Under the pieces are notes generated by a model, which saw only the letters and a program-made list of their open reading frames with translations, was not told the origin of the DNA and searched no databases. Of a stretch of 64,000 nt of DNA, positions 1-13,920 are shown piece by piece. The stretch's first letter is position 1; each line of letters opens with the position of its first letter. The DNA is from Auanema rhodensis (Eukaryota > Animalia > Nematoda), in NCBI GenBank assembly GCA_964057225.1, contig OZ059900.1, positions 8,804,001 to 8,868,000 on the forward strand, read 5' to 3'. Position numbers and translations under genes: made by a program.

Positions 1-3000
1 GGACATATAAATGTAAAAATAGTCAAAGTTTATGAATCCTGAATTTCAAATCCATATCTCAAAGGGTCTGATCAAAACATACAGTTTTCACATGTTTTGT
101 ACCCAAAATCGTTGAATATATGGCGTTTTGAGCATAAAAAGGCCCATATTTCAATCAGTTTTGATAATCGTGCAAAATACACCTATATGAACATTCTATG
201 ACAGTATTACATACATTTAGTCGTTTTAGAAGAAAAAAATATGCTTAAGATCAAAAGTTTGACTGATTTTGCCAAAATGCCCTTCAAACCCCAAAAAACC
301 AATAATTCTCGATATTTTCGGTCCTTTTTGACCAAAGTGGTTAAAATTGAACATATATATGTAAAAATAGTCAAAGTTTATGAATCCTGAATTTCAAATC
401 CATATCTCAAAGGGTCTGATCAAAACATACAGTTTTCACATGTTTTGTACCCAAAATCGTTGAATATATGGCGTTTTGAGCATAAAAAGGCCCATATTTC
501 AATCAGTTTTGATATTCGTGCAAAATACACTTATATCAACATTCTATGACAGTATTCCATACATTTAGTCGTTTTAGAAGAAAAAAATATGCTTAAGATC
601 AAAAGTTTGACTGATTTTGCCAAAATGCCCTTCAAACCCCAAAAAACCAATAATTTTTGATATTTTCGGTCCTTTTTGACCAAAGTGGTTAAAATTGGAC
701 ATATATATGTAGAAATAGTCGAAGTTTATGAATCCTGAATTTCAAATCCATATCTCAAAGGGTCTGATCAAAACATACAGTTTTCACATGTTTTGTACCC
801 AAAATCGTTGAATATATGGCGTTTTGAGCATAAACCCCATATTTCAATCAGTTTTGATATTCGTGCAAAATACACCTATATGAACATTCTATGACAGTAT
901 TTCATACATTTAGTCGTTTTAGAAGAAAAAAATATGCTTAAGATCAAAAGTTTGACTGATTTTGCCAAAATGCCCTTCAAACCCCAAAAAACCAATAATT
1001 CTTGATATTTTCGGTCCTTTTTGACCAAAGTGGTTAAAATTGGACATATATATGTAGAAATAGTCGAAGTTTATGAATCCTGAATTTCAAATCCATATCT
1101 CAAAGGGTCTGATCAAAACATACAGTTTTCACATGTTTTGTACCCAAAATCGTTGAATATATGGCGTTTTGAGCATAAAAAGGCCCATATTTCAATCAGT
1201 TTCGATATTCGTGCAAAATACACCTATATCAACATTCTATGACAGTATTCCATACATTTAGTCGTTTTAGAAGAGAAAAGTATGCTTAAGATCAAAAGTT
1301 TGACTGATTTTGCCAAAATGCCCTACAATCCCCAAAAAACCAATAATTCTTGATATTTTCGGTCCTTTTTGACCAAAGTGGTTAAAATTGAACATATATA
1401 TGTAAAAATAGTCAAAGTTTATGAATCCTGAATTTCAAATCCATATCTCAAAGGGTCTGATCAAAACATACAGTTTTCACATGTTTTGTACCCAAAATCG
1501 TTGAATATATGGCGTTTTGAGCATAAAAAGGCCCATATTTCAATCAGTTTTGATATTCGTGCAAAATACACCTATATGAACATTCTTTGACAGTATTTCA
1601 TACATTTAGTCGTTTTAGAAGAAAAAAATATGCTTAAGATCAAAAGTTTGACTGATTTTGCCAAAATGCCCTTCAATCCCCAAAAAACCAATAATTCTTG
1701 ATATTTTCGGTCCTTTTTGACCAAAGTGGTTAAAATTGAACATATATATGTAAAAATAGTCAAAGTTAATGAATCCTGAATTTCAAATCCATATCTCAAA
1801 GGGTCTGATCAAAACATACAGTTTTCACGAGTTTTGTACCCAAAATCGTTGAATATATGGCGTTTTGAGCATAAAAAGGCCCATATTTCAATCAGTTTTG
1901 ATATTCGTGCAAAATACACCTATATGAACATTCTTTGACAGTATTTCATACATTTAGTCGTTTTAGAAGAAAAAAATATGCTTAAGATCAAAAGTTTGAC
2001 TGATTTTGCCAAAATGCCCTTCAAACCCCAAAAAACCAATAATTCTTGATATTTTCGGTCCTTTTTGACCAAAGTGGTTAAAATTGGACATATATATGTA
2101 AAAATAGTCAAAGTTTATGAATCCTGAATTTCAAATCCATATCTCAAAGGGTCTGATCAAAACATACAGTTTTCACATGTTTTGTACCCAAAATCGTTGA
2201 ATATATGGCGTTTTGAGCTTAAAAAGGCCCATATTTCAATCAGTTTTGATATTCGTGCAACATACACCTATATGAACATTCTATGACAGTATTTCATACA
2301 TTTAGTCGTTTTAGAAGAAAAAAATATGCTTAAGATCAAAAGTTTGACTGATTTAGCCAAAATGTCCTTCAAACCCAAAAAACCAATAATTCTTGATATT
2401 TTCGGTCCTTTTTGACCAAAGTGTTTAAAATTGAACATATATATGTGAAAATAGTCAAAGTTAATGAATCCTGAATTCCAAATCCATATCTCAAAGGGTC
2501 TGATCAAAACATACAGTTTTCACATGTTTTGTACCCAAAATCGTTGAATATATGGCGTTTTGAGCATAAAAAGGCCCATATTTCAATCAGTTTTGATATT
2601 CGTGCAAAATACACTTATATCAACATTCTATGACAGTATTCCATACATTTAGTCGTTTTAGAAGAAAAAAATATGCTTAAGATCAAAAGTTTGACTGATT
2701 TAGCCAAAATGCCCTTCAAACCCCAAAAAACCAATAATTCTTGATATTTTCGGTCCTTTTTGACCAAAGTGGTTAAAATTGGACATATAAATGTAAAAAT
2801 AGTCAAAGTTTATGAATCCTGAATTTCAAATCCATATCTCAAAGGGTCTGATCAAAACATACAGTTTTCACATGTTTTGTACCCAAAATCGTTGAATATA
2901 TGGCGTTTTGAGCATAAAAAGGCCCATATTTCAATCAGTTTTGATAATCGTGCAAAATACACCTATATGAACATTCTATGACAGTATTACATACATTTAG

Positions 3001-4450
3001 TCGTTTTAGAAGAAAAAAATATGCTTAAGATCAAAAGTTTGACTGATTTTGCCAAAATGCCCTTCAAACCCCAAAAAACCAATAATTCTTGATATTTTCG
3101 GTCCTTTTTGACAAAAGTGGTTAAAATTGAACATATATATGTAAAAATAGTCAAAGTTTATGAATCCTGAATTTCAAATCCATATCTCAAAGGGTCTGAT
3201 CAAAACATACAGTTTTCACATGTTTTGTACCCAAAATCGTTGAATATATGGCGTTTTGAGCATAAAAAGGCCCATATTTCAATCAGTTTTGATATTCGTG
3301 CAAAATACACTTATATCAACATTCTATGACAGTATTCCATACATTTAGTCGTTTTAGAAGAAAAAAATATGCTTAAGATCAAAAGTTTGACTGATTTTGC
3401 CAAAATGCCCTTCAAACCCCAAAAAACCAATAATTTTTGATATTTTCGGTCCTTTTTGACCAAAGTGGTTAAAATTGGACATATATATGTAGAAATAGTC
3501 GAAGTTTATGAATCCTGAATTTCAAATCCATATCTCAAAGGGTCTGATCAAAACATACAGTTTTCACATGTTTTGTACCCAAAATCGTTGAATATATGGC
3601 GTTTTGAGCATAAACCCCATATTTCAATCAGTTTTGATATTCGTGCAAAATACACCTATATGAACATTCTATGACAGTATTTCATACATTTAGTCGTTTT
3701 AGAAGAAAAAAATATGCTTAAGATCAAAAGTTTGACTGATTTTGCCAAAATGCCCTTCAAACCCCAAAAAACCAATAATTCTTGATATTTTCGGTCCTTT
3801 TTGACCAAAGTGGTTAAAATTGGACATATATATGTAGAAATAGTCGAAGTTTATGAATCCTGAATTTCAAATCCATATCTCAAAGGGTCTGATCAAAACA
3901 TACAGTTTTCACATGTTTTGTACCCAAAATCGTTGAATATATGGCGTTTTGAGCATAAAAAGGCCCATATTTCAATCAGTTTCGATATTCGTGCAAAATA
4001 CACCTATATCAACATTCTATTACAGTATTCCATACATTTAGTCGTTTTAGAAGAGAAAAGTATGCTTAAGATCAAAAGTTTGACTGATTTTGCCAAAATG
4101 CCCTACAATCCCCAAAAAACCAATAATTCTTGATATTTTCGGTCCTTTTTGACCAAAGTGGTTAAAATTGAACATATATATGTAAAAATAGTCAAAGTTT
4201 ATGAATCCTGAATTTCAAATCCATATCTCAAAGGGTCTGATCAAAACATACAGTTTTCACATGTTTTGTACCCAAAATCGTTGAATATATGGCGTTTTGA
4301 GCATAAAAAGGCCCATATTTCAATCAGTTTTGATATTCGTGCAAAATACACCTATATGAACATTCTTTGACAGTATTTCATACATTTAGTCGTTTTAGAA
4401 GAAAAAAATATGCTTAAGATCAAAAGTTTGACTGATTTTGCCAAAATGCC
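1..4450 (+). repeat. 8-monomer higher-order repeat, period 2780 bp (~1.6 copies in window)
   Basis: ggacatataaatgt at 1 and 2781; 3-bp-shorter variant cataaaccccat at 829 and 3609. 2780 = 8x348 minus the 3-bp and 1-bp deletions. Right boundary approximate. Confidence 0.9.
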
Positions 4451-5039
4451 CTTCAAACCCCAAAAAACCAATAATTCTTGATATTTTCGGTCCTTTTTGA
4501 CCAAAGTGGTTAAAATTGGACATATATATGTAAAAATAGTCAAAGTTTATGAATCCTGAATTTCAAATCCATATCTCAAAGGGTCTGATCAAAACATACA
4601 GTTTTCACATGTTTTGTACCCAAAATCGTTGAATATATGGCGTTTTGAGCATAAAAAGGCCCATATTTCAATCAGTTTCGATATTCGTGCAAAATACACC
4701 TATATCAACATTCTATGACAGTATTCCATACATTTAGTCGTTTTAGAAGAGAAAAGTATGCTTAAGATCAAAAGTTTGACTGATTTTGCCAAAATGCCCT
4801 ACAATCCCCAAAAAACCAATAATTCTTGATATTTTCGGTCCTTTTTGACCAAAGTGGTTAAAATTGAACATATATATGTAAAAATAGTCAAAGTTTATGA
4901 ATCCTGAATTTCAAATCCATATCTCAAAGGGTCTGATCAAAACATACAGTTTTCACATGTTTTGTACCCAAAATCGTTGAATATATGGCGTTTTGAGCAT
5001 AAAAAGGCCCATATTTCAATCAGTTTTGATATTCGTGCA

Positions 5040-6400
5040 AAATACACCTATATGAACATTCTTTGACAGTATTTCATACATTTAGTCGTTTTAGAAGAAA
5101 AAAATATGCTTAAGATCAAAAGTTTGACTGATTTTGCCAAAATGCCTTTCAATCCCCAAAAAACCAATAATTCTTGATATTTTCGGTCCTTTTTGACCAA
5201 AGTGGTTAAAATTGGACATATATATGTAGAAATAGTCGAAGTTTATGAATCCTGAATTTCAAATCCATATCTCAAAGGGTCTGATCAAAACATACAGTTT
5301 TCACATGTTTTGTACCCAAAATCGTTGAATATATGGCGTTTTGAGCATAAAAAGGCCCATATTTCAATCAGTTTTGATATTCGTGCAAAATACACCTATA
5401 TGAACATTCTATGACAGTATTTCATACATTTAGTCGTTTTAGAAGAAAAAAATATGCTTAAGATCAAAAGTTTGACTGATTTAGCCAAAATGTCCTTCAA
5501 ACCCCAAAAAACCAATAATTCTTGATATTTTCGGTCCTTTTTGACCAAAGTGGTTAAAATTGAACATATATCTGTGAAAATAGTCAAAGTTTATGAATCC
5601 TGAATTTCAAATCCATATCTCAAAGGGTCTGATCAAAACATACAGTTTTCACATGTTTTGTACCCAAAATCGTTGAATATATGGCGTTTTGAGCATAAAA
5701 AGGCCCATATTTCAATCAGTTTTGATATTCGTGCAAAATACACCTATATGAACATTCTTTGACAGTATTTCATACATTTAGTCGTTTTAGAAGAAAAAAA
5801 TATGCTTAAGATCAAAAGTTTGACTGATTTTGCCAAAATGCCTTTCAATCCCCAAAAAACCAATAATTCTTGATATTTTCGGTCCTTTTTGACCAAAGTG
5901 GTTAAAATTGGACATATATATGTAGAAATAGTCGAAGTTTATGAATCCTGAATTTCAAATCCATATCTCAAAGGGTCTGATCAAAACATACAGTTTTCAC
6001 ATGTTTTGTACCCAAAATCGTTGAATATATGGCGTTTTGAGCATAAAAAGGCCCATATTTCAATCAGTTTTGATATTCGTGCAAAATACACCTATATGAA
6101 CATTCTATGACAGTATTTCATACATTTAGTCGTTTTAGAAGAAAAAAATATGCTTAAGATCAAAAGTTTGACTGATTTAGCCAAAATGTCCTTCAAACCC
6201 CAAAAAACCAATAATTCTTGATATTTTCGGTCCTTTTTGACCAAAGTGGTTAAAATTGAACATATATCTGTGAAAATAGTCAAAGTTTATGAATCCTGAA
6301 TTTCAAATCCATATCTCAAAGGGTCTGATCAAAACATACAGTTTTCACATGTTTTGTACCCAAAATCGTTGAATATATGGCGTTTTGAGCATAAAAAGGC
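5040..6400 (+). repeat. 2-monomer (696-bp) local duplication
   Basis: Rare variants atgcctttcaatcccc and catatatctgtg each occur twice, 696 bp apart (ORFs 5396 and 6092, MTIFTDIC). Confidence 0.85.
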
Positions 6401-8989
6401 CCATATTTCAATCAGTTTCGATATTCGTGCAAAATACACCTATATCAACATTCTATGACAGTATTCCATACATTTAGTCGTTTTAGAAGAAAAAAATATG
6501 CTTAAGATCAAAAGTTTGACTGATTTTGCCAAAATGCCCTTCAATCCCCAAAAAACCAATAATTCTTGATATTTTCGGTCCTTTTTGACCAAAGTGGTTA
6601 AAATTGAACATATATATGTGAAAATAGTCGAAGTTTATGAATCCTGAATTTCAAATCCATATCTCAAAGGGTCTGATCAAAACATACAGTTTTCACATGT
6701 TTTGTACCCAAAATCGTTGAATATATGGCGTTTTGAGCATAAAAAGGCCCATATTTCAATCAGTTTTGATATTCGTGCAAAATACACCTATATGAACATT
6801 CTATGACAGTATTTCATACATTTAGTCGTTTTAGAAGAAAAAAATATGCTTAAGATCAAAAGTTTGACTGATTTTGCCAAAATGCCCTTCAAACCCCAAA
6901 AAACCAATAATTCTTGATATTTTCGATCCTTTTTGACCAAAGTGGTTAAAATTGGACATAAATATGTAAAATTAGTCAAAGTTTATGAATCCTGAATTTC
7001 AAATCCATATCTCAAAGGGTCTGATCAAAACATACAGTTTTCACATGTTTTGTACCCAAAATCGTTGAATATATGGCGTTTTGAGCATAAAAAGGCCCAT
7101 ATTTCAATCAGTTTCGATATTCGTGCAAAATACACCTATATCAACATTCTATGACAGTATTCCATACATTTAGTCGTTTTAGAAGAAAAAAATATGCTTA
7201 AGATCAAAAGTTTGACTGATTTTGCCAAAATGCCCTTCAATCCCCAAAAAACCAATAATTCTTGATATTTTCGGTCCTTTTTGACCAAAGTGGTTAAAAT
7301 TGAACATGTATATGTAAAAATAGTCAAAGTTTATGAATCCTGAATTTCAAATCCATATCTCAAAGGGTCTGATCAAAACATACAGTTTTCACATGTTTTG
7401 TACCCAAAATCGTTGAATATATGGCGTTTTGAGCATAAAAAGGCCCATATTTCAATCAGTTTTGATATTCGTGCAAAATACACCTATATGAACATTCTTT
7501 GACAGTATTTCATACATTTAGTCGTTTTAGAAGAAAAAAATATGCTTAAGATCAAAAGTTTGACTGATTTTGCCAAAATGCCCTTCAAACCCCAAAAAAC
7601 CAATAATTCTTGATATTTTCGGTCCTTTTTGACGAAAGTGGTTAAAATTGGACATATATATGTAGAAATAGTCGAAGTTTATGAATCCTGAATTTCAAAT
7701 CCATATCTCAAAGGGTCTGATCAAAACATACAGTTTTCACATGTTTTGTACCCAAAATCGTTGAATATATGGCGTTTTGAGCATAAAAAGGCCCATATTT
7801 CAATCAGTTTTGATATTCGTGCAAAATACACCTATATGAACATTCTTTGACAGTATTTCATACATTTAGTCGTTTTAGAAGAAAAAAATTTGCTTAAGAT
7901 CAAAAGTTTGACTGATTTAGCCAAAATGCCCTTCAAACCCCAAAAAACCAATAATTCTTGATATTTTCGGTCCTTTTTGACCAAAGTGGTTAAAATTGAA
8001 CATATATATGTAAAAATAGTCAAAGTTTATGAATCCTGAATTTCAAATCCATATATCAAAGGGTCTGATCAAAACATACAGTTTTCACATGTTTTGTACC
8101 CAAAATCGTTGAATATATGGCGTTTTGAGCATAAAAAGGCCCATATTTCAATCAGTTTTGATATTCGTGCAAAATACACCTATATGAACATTCTTTGACA
8201 GTATTTCATACATTTAGTCGTTTTAGAAGAAAAAAATATGCTTAAGATCAAAAGTTTGACTGATTTTGCCAAAATGCCCTTCAAACCCCAAAAAACCAAT
8301 AATTCTTGATATTTTCGGTCCTTTTTGACCAAAGTGGTTAAAATTGGACATATATATGTGAAAATAGTCGAAGTTTATGAATCCTGAATTTCAAATCCAT
8401 ATCTCAAAGGGTCTGATCAAAACATACAGTTTTCACATGTTTTGTACCCAAAATCGTTGAATATATGGCGTTTTGAGCATAAAAAGGCCCATATTTCAAT
8501 CAGTTTTGATATTCGTGCAAAATACACCTATATGAACATTCTATGACAGTATTTCATACATTTAGTCGTTTTAGAAGAAAAAAATATGCTTAAGATCAAA
8601 AGTTTGACTGATTTTGCCAAAATGCCCTTCAAACCCCAAAAAACCAATAATTCTTGATATTTTCGGTCCTTTTTGACCAAAGTGGTTAAAATTGAACATA
8701 TATATGTAAAAATAGTCAAAGTTTATGAAACCTGAATTTCAAATCCATATCTCAAAGGGTCTGATCAAAACATACAGTTTTCACATGTTTTGTACCCAAA
8801 ATCGTTGAATATATGGCGTTTTGAGCATAAAAAGGCCCATATTTCAATCAGTTTCGATATTCGTGCAAAATACACCTATATCAACATTCTATGACAGTAT
8901 TCCATACATTTAGTCGTTTTAGAAGAAAAAAATATGCTTAAGATCAAAAGTTTGACTGATTTTGCCAAAATGCCCTTCAATCCCCAAAA

Positions 8990-11900
8990 AACCAATAATT
9001 CTTGATATTTTCGGTCCTTTTTGACCAAAGTGGTTAAAATTGAACATATATATGTAAAAATAGTCAAAGTTAATGAATCCTGAATTTCAAATCCATATCT
9101 CAAAGGGTCTGATCAAAACATACAGTTTTCACGAGTTTTGTACCCAAAATCGTTGAATATATGGCGTTTTGAGCATAAAAAGGCCCATATTTCAATCAGT
9201 TTTGATATTCGTGCAAAATACACCTATATGAACATTCTTTGACAGTATTTCATACATTTAGTCGTTTTAGAAGAAAAAAATATGCTTAAGATCAAAAGTT
9301 TGACTGATTTTGCCAAAATGCCCTTCAAACCCCAAAAAACCAATAATTCTTGATATTTTCGGTCCTTTTTGACCAAAGTGGTTAAAATTGGACATATATA
9401 TGTAAAAATAGTCAAAGTTTATGAATCCTGAATTTCAAATCCATATCTCAAAGGGTCTGATCAAAACATACAGTTTTCACATGTTTTGTACCCAAAATCG
9501 TTGAATATATGGCGTTTTGAGCTTAAAAAGGCCCATATTTCAATCAGTTTTGATATTCGTGCAACATACACCTATATGAACATTCTATGACAGTATTTCA
9601 TACATTTAGTCGTTTTAGAAGAAAAAAATATGCTTAAGATCAAAAGTTTGACTGATTTAGCCAAAATGTCCTTCAAACCCAAAAAACCAATAATTCTTGA
9701 TATTTTCGGTCCTTTTTGACCAAAGTGGTTAAAATTGAACATATATATGTGAAAATAGTCAAAGTTAATGAATCCTGAATTCCAAATCCATATCTCAAAG
9801 GGTCTGATCAAAACATACAGTTTTCACATGTTTTGTACCCAAAATCGTTGAATATATGGCGTTTTGAGCATAAAAAGGCCCATATTTCAATCAGTTTTGA
9901 TATTCGTGCAAAATACACTTATATCAACATTCTATGACAGTATTCCATACATTTAGTCGTTTTAGAAGAAAAAAATATGCTTAAGATCAAAAGTTTGACT
10001 GATTTAGCCAAAATGCCCTTCAAACCCCAAAAAACCAATAATTCTTGATATTTTCGGTCCTTTTTGACCAAAGTGGTTAAAATTGGACATATAAATGTAA
10101 AAATAGTCAAAGTTTATGAATTCTGAATTTCAAATCCATATCTCAAAGGGTCTGATCAAAACATACAGTTTTCACATGTTTTGTACCCAAAATCGTTGAA
10201 TATATGGCGTTTTGAGCATAAAAAGGCCCATATTTCAATCAGTTTTGATAATCGTGCAAAATACACCTATATGAACATTCTATGACAGTATTACATACAT
10301 TTAGTCGTTTTAGAAGAAAAAAATATGCTTAAGATCAAAAGTTTGACTGATTTTGCCAAAATGCCCTTCAAACCCCAAAAAACCAATAATTCTTGATATT
10401 TTCGGTCCTTTTTGACCAAAGTGGTTAAAATTGAACATATATATGTAAAAATAGTCAAAGTTTATGAATCCTGAATTTCAAATCCATATCTCAAAGGGTC
10501 TGATCAAAACATACAGTTTTCACATGTTTTGTACCCAAAATCGTTGAATATATGGCGTTTTGAGCATAAAAAGGCCCATATTTCAATCAGTTTTGATATT
10601 CGTGCAAAATACACTTATATCAACATTCTATGACAGTATTCCATACATTTAGTCGTTTTAGAAGAAAAAAATATGCTTAAGATCAAAAGTTTGACTGATT
10701 TTGCCAAAATGCCCTTCAAACCCCAAAAAACCAATAATTTTTGATATTTTCGGTCCTTTTTGACCAAAGTGGTTAAAATTGGACATATATATGTAGAAAT
10801 AGTCGAAGTTTATGAATCCTGAATTTCAAATCCATATCTCAAAGGGTCTGATCAAAACATACAGTTTTCACATGTTTTGTACCCAAAATCGTTGAATATA
10901 TGGCGTTTTGAGCATAAACCCCATATTTCAATCAGTTTTGATATTCGTGCAAAATACACCTATATGAACATTCTATGACAGTATTTCATACATTTAGTCG
11001 TTTTAGAAGAAAAAAATATGCTTAAGATCAAAAGTTTGACTGATTTTGCCAAAATGCCCTTCAAACCCCAAAAAACCAATAATTCTTGATATTTTCGGTC
11101 CTTTTTGACCAAAGTGGTTAAAATTGGACATATATATGTAGAAATAGTCGAAGTTTATGAATCCTGAATTTCAAATCCATATCTCAAAGGGTCTGATCAA
11201 AACATACAGTTTTCACATGTTTTGTACCCAAAATCGTTGAATATATGGCGTTTTGAGCATAAAAAGGCCCATATTTCAATCAGTTTCGATATTCGTGCAA
11301 AATACACCTATATCAACATTCTATGACAGTATTCCATACATTTAGTCGTTTTAGAAGAGAAAAGTATGCTTAAGATCAAAAGTTTGACTGATTTTGCCAA
11401 AATGCCCTACAATCCCCAAAAAACCAATAATTCTTGATATTTTCGGTCCTTTTTGACCAAAGTGGTTAAAATTGAACATATATATGTAAAAATAGTCAAA
11501 GTTTATGAATCCTGAATTTCAAATCCATATCTCAAAGGGTCTGATCAAAACATACAGTTTTCACATGTTTTGTACCCAAAATCGTTGAATATATGGCGTT
11601 TTGAGCATAAAAAGGCCCATATTTCAATCAGTTTTGATATTCGTGCAAAATACACCTATATGAACATTCTTTGACAGTATTTCATACATTTAGTCGTTTT
11701 AGAAGAAAAAAATATGCTTAAGATCAAAAGTTTGACTGATTTTGCCAAAATGCCCTTCAATCCCCAAAAAACCAATAATTCTTGATATTTTCGGTCCTTT
11801 TTGACCAAAGTGGTTAAAATTGAACATATATATGTAAAAATAGTCAAAGTTAATGAATCCTGAATTTCAAATCCATATCTCAAAGGGTCTGATCAAAACA

Positions 11901-13920
11901 TACAGTTTTCACGAGTTTTGTACCCAAAATCGTTGAATATATGGCGTTTTGAGCATAAAAAGGCCCATATTTCAATCAGTTTTGATATTCGTGCAAAATA
12001 CACCTATATGAACATTCTTTGACAGTATTTCATACATTTAGTCGTTTTAGAAGAAAAAAATATGCTTAAGATCAAAAGTTTGACTGATTTTGCCAAAATG
12101 CCCTTCAAACCCCAAAAAACCAATAATTCTTGATATTTTCGGTCCTTTTTGACCAAAGTGGTTAAAATTGGACATATATATGTAAAAATAGTCAAAGTTT
12201 ATGAATCCTGAATTTCAAATCCATATCTCAAAGGGTCTGATCAAAACATACAGTTTTCACATGTTTTGTACCCAAAATCGTTGAATATATGGCGTTTTGA
12301 GCTTAAAAAGGCCCATATTTCAATCAGTTTTGATATTCGTGCAACATACACCTATATGAACATTCTATGACAGTATTTCATACATTTAGTCGTTTTAGAA
12401 GAAAAAAATATGCTTAAGATCAAAAGTTTGACTGATTTAGCCAAAATGTCCTTCAAACCCAAAAAACCAATAATTCTTGATATTTTCGGTCCTTTTTGAC
12501 CAAAGTGTTTAAAATTGAACATATATATGTGAAAATAGTCAAAGTTAATGAATCCTGAATTCCAAATCCATATCTCAAAGGGTCTGATCAAAACATACAG
12601 TTTTCACATGTTTTGTACCCAAAATCGTTGAATATATGGCGTTTTGAGCATAAAAAGGCCCATATTTCAATCAGTTTTGATATTCGTGCAAAATACACTT
12701 ATATCAACATTCTATGACAGTATTCCATACATTTAGTCGTTTTAGAAGAAAAAAATATGCTTAAGATCAAAAGTTTGACTGATTTAGCCAAAATGCCCTT
12801 CAAACCCCAAAAAACCAATAATTCTTGATATTTTCGGTCCTTTTTGACCAAAGTGGTTAAAATTGGACATATAAATGTAAAAATAGTCAAAGTTTATGAA
12901 TCCTGAATTTCAAATCCATATCTCAAAGGGTCTGATCAAAACATACAGTTTTCACATGTTTTGTACCCAAAATCGTTGAATATATGGCGTTTTGAGCATA
13001 AAAAGGCCCATATTTCAATCAGTTTTGATAATCGTGCAAAATACACCTATATGAACATTCTATGACAGTATTACATACATTTAGTCGTTTTAGAAGAAAA
13101 AAATATGCTTAAGATCAAAAGTTTGACTGATTTTGCCAAAATGCCCTTCAAACCCCAAAAAACCAATAATTCTTGATATTTTCGGTCCTTTTTGACCAAA
13201 GTGGTTAAAATTGAACATATATATGTAAAAATAGTCAAAGTTTATGAATCCTGAATTTCAAATCCATATCTCAAAGGGTCTGATCAAAACATACAGTTTT
13301 CACATGTTTTGTACCCAAAATCGTTGAATATATGGCGTTTTGAGCATAAAAAGGCCCATATTTCAATCAGTTTTGATATTCGTGCAAAATACACTTATAT
13401 CAACATTCTATGACAGTATTCCATACATTTAGTCGTTTTAGAAGAAAAAAATATGCTTAAGATCAAAAGTTTGACTGATTTTGCCAAAATGCCCTTCAAA
13501 CCCCAAAAAACCAATAATTTTTGATATTTTCGGTCCTTTTTGACCAAAGTGGTTAAAATTGGACATATATATGTAGAAATAGTCGAAGTTTATGAATCCT
13601 GAATTTCAAATCCATATCTCAAAGGGTCTGATCAAAACATACAGTTTTCACATGTTTTGTACCCAAAATCGTTGAATATATGGCGTTTTGAGCATAAACC
13701 CCATATTTCAATCAGTTTTGATATTCGTGCAAAATACACCTATATGAACATTCTATGACAGTATTTCATACATTTAGTCGTTTTAGAAGAAAAAAATATG
13801 CTTAAGATCAAAAGTTTGACTGATTTTGCCAAAATGCCCTTCAAACCCCAAAAAACCAATAATTCTTGATATTTTCGGTCCTTTTTGACCAAAGTGGTTA
13901 AAATTGGACATATATATGTA
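8990..13920 (+). repeat. Second block of the 8-monomer (2780-bp) higher-order repeat, offset 10084 bp from the first
   Basis: cataaaccccat at 10913 and 13693; C-deletion monomers at 9572 and 12352. ORFs 1572/11656 and 2268/12352 are identical at +10084. Boundaries approximate. Confidence 0.88.

Noticed and set aside
1-348. Assignment to a named ~350-bp satellite family or species
   Set aside because: Monomer length alone is not diagnostic and I do not recognise the sequence. A BLASTN or Dfam/Repbase search of the consensus is needed.
1-348. 5S rDNA, tRNA or snRNA tandem unit
   Set aside because: It is about 69% AT, with no recognisable Pol III internal boxes or conserved RNA structure.
510-530. 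CENP-B box candidate at ttcgtgcaaaatac
   Set aside because: It has TTCG and the central A but lacks the CGGG half of the motif.
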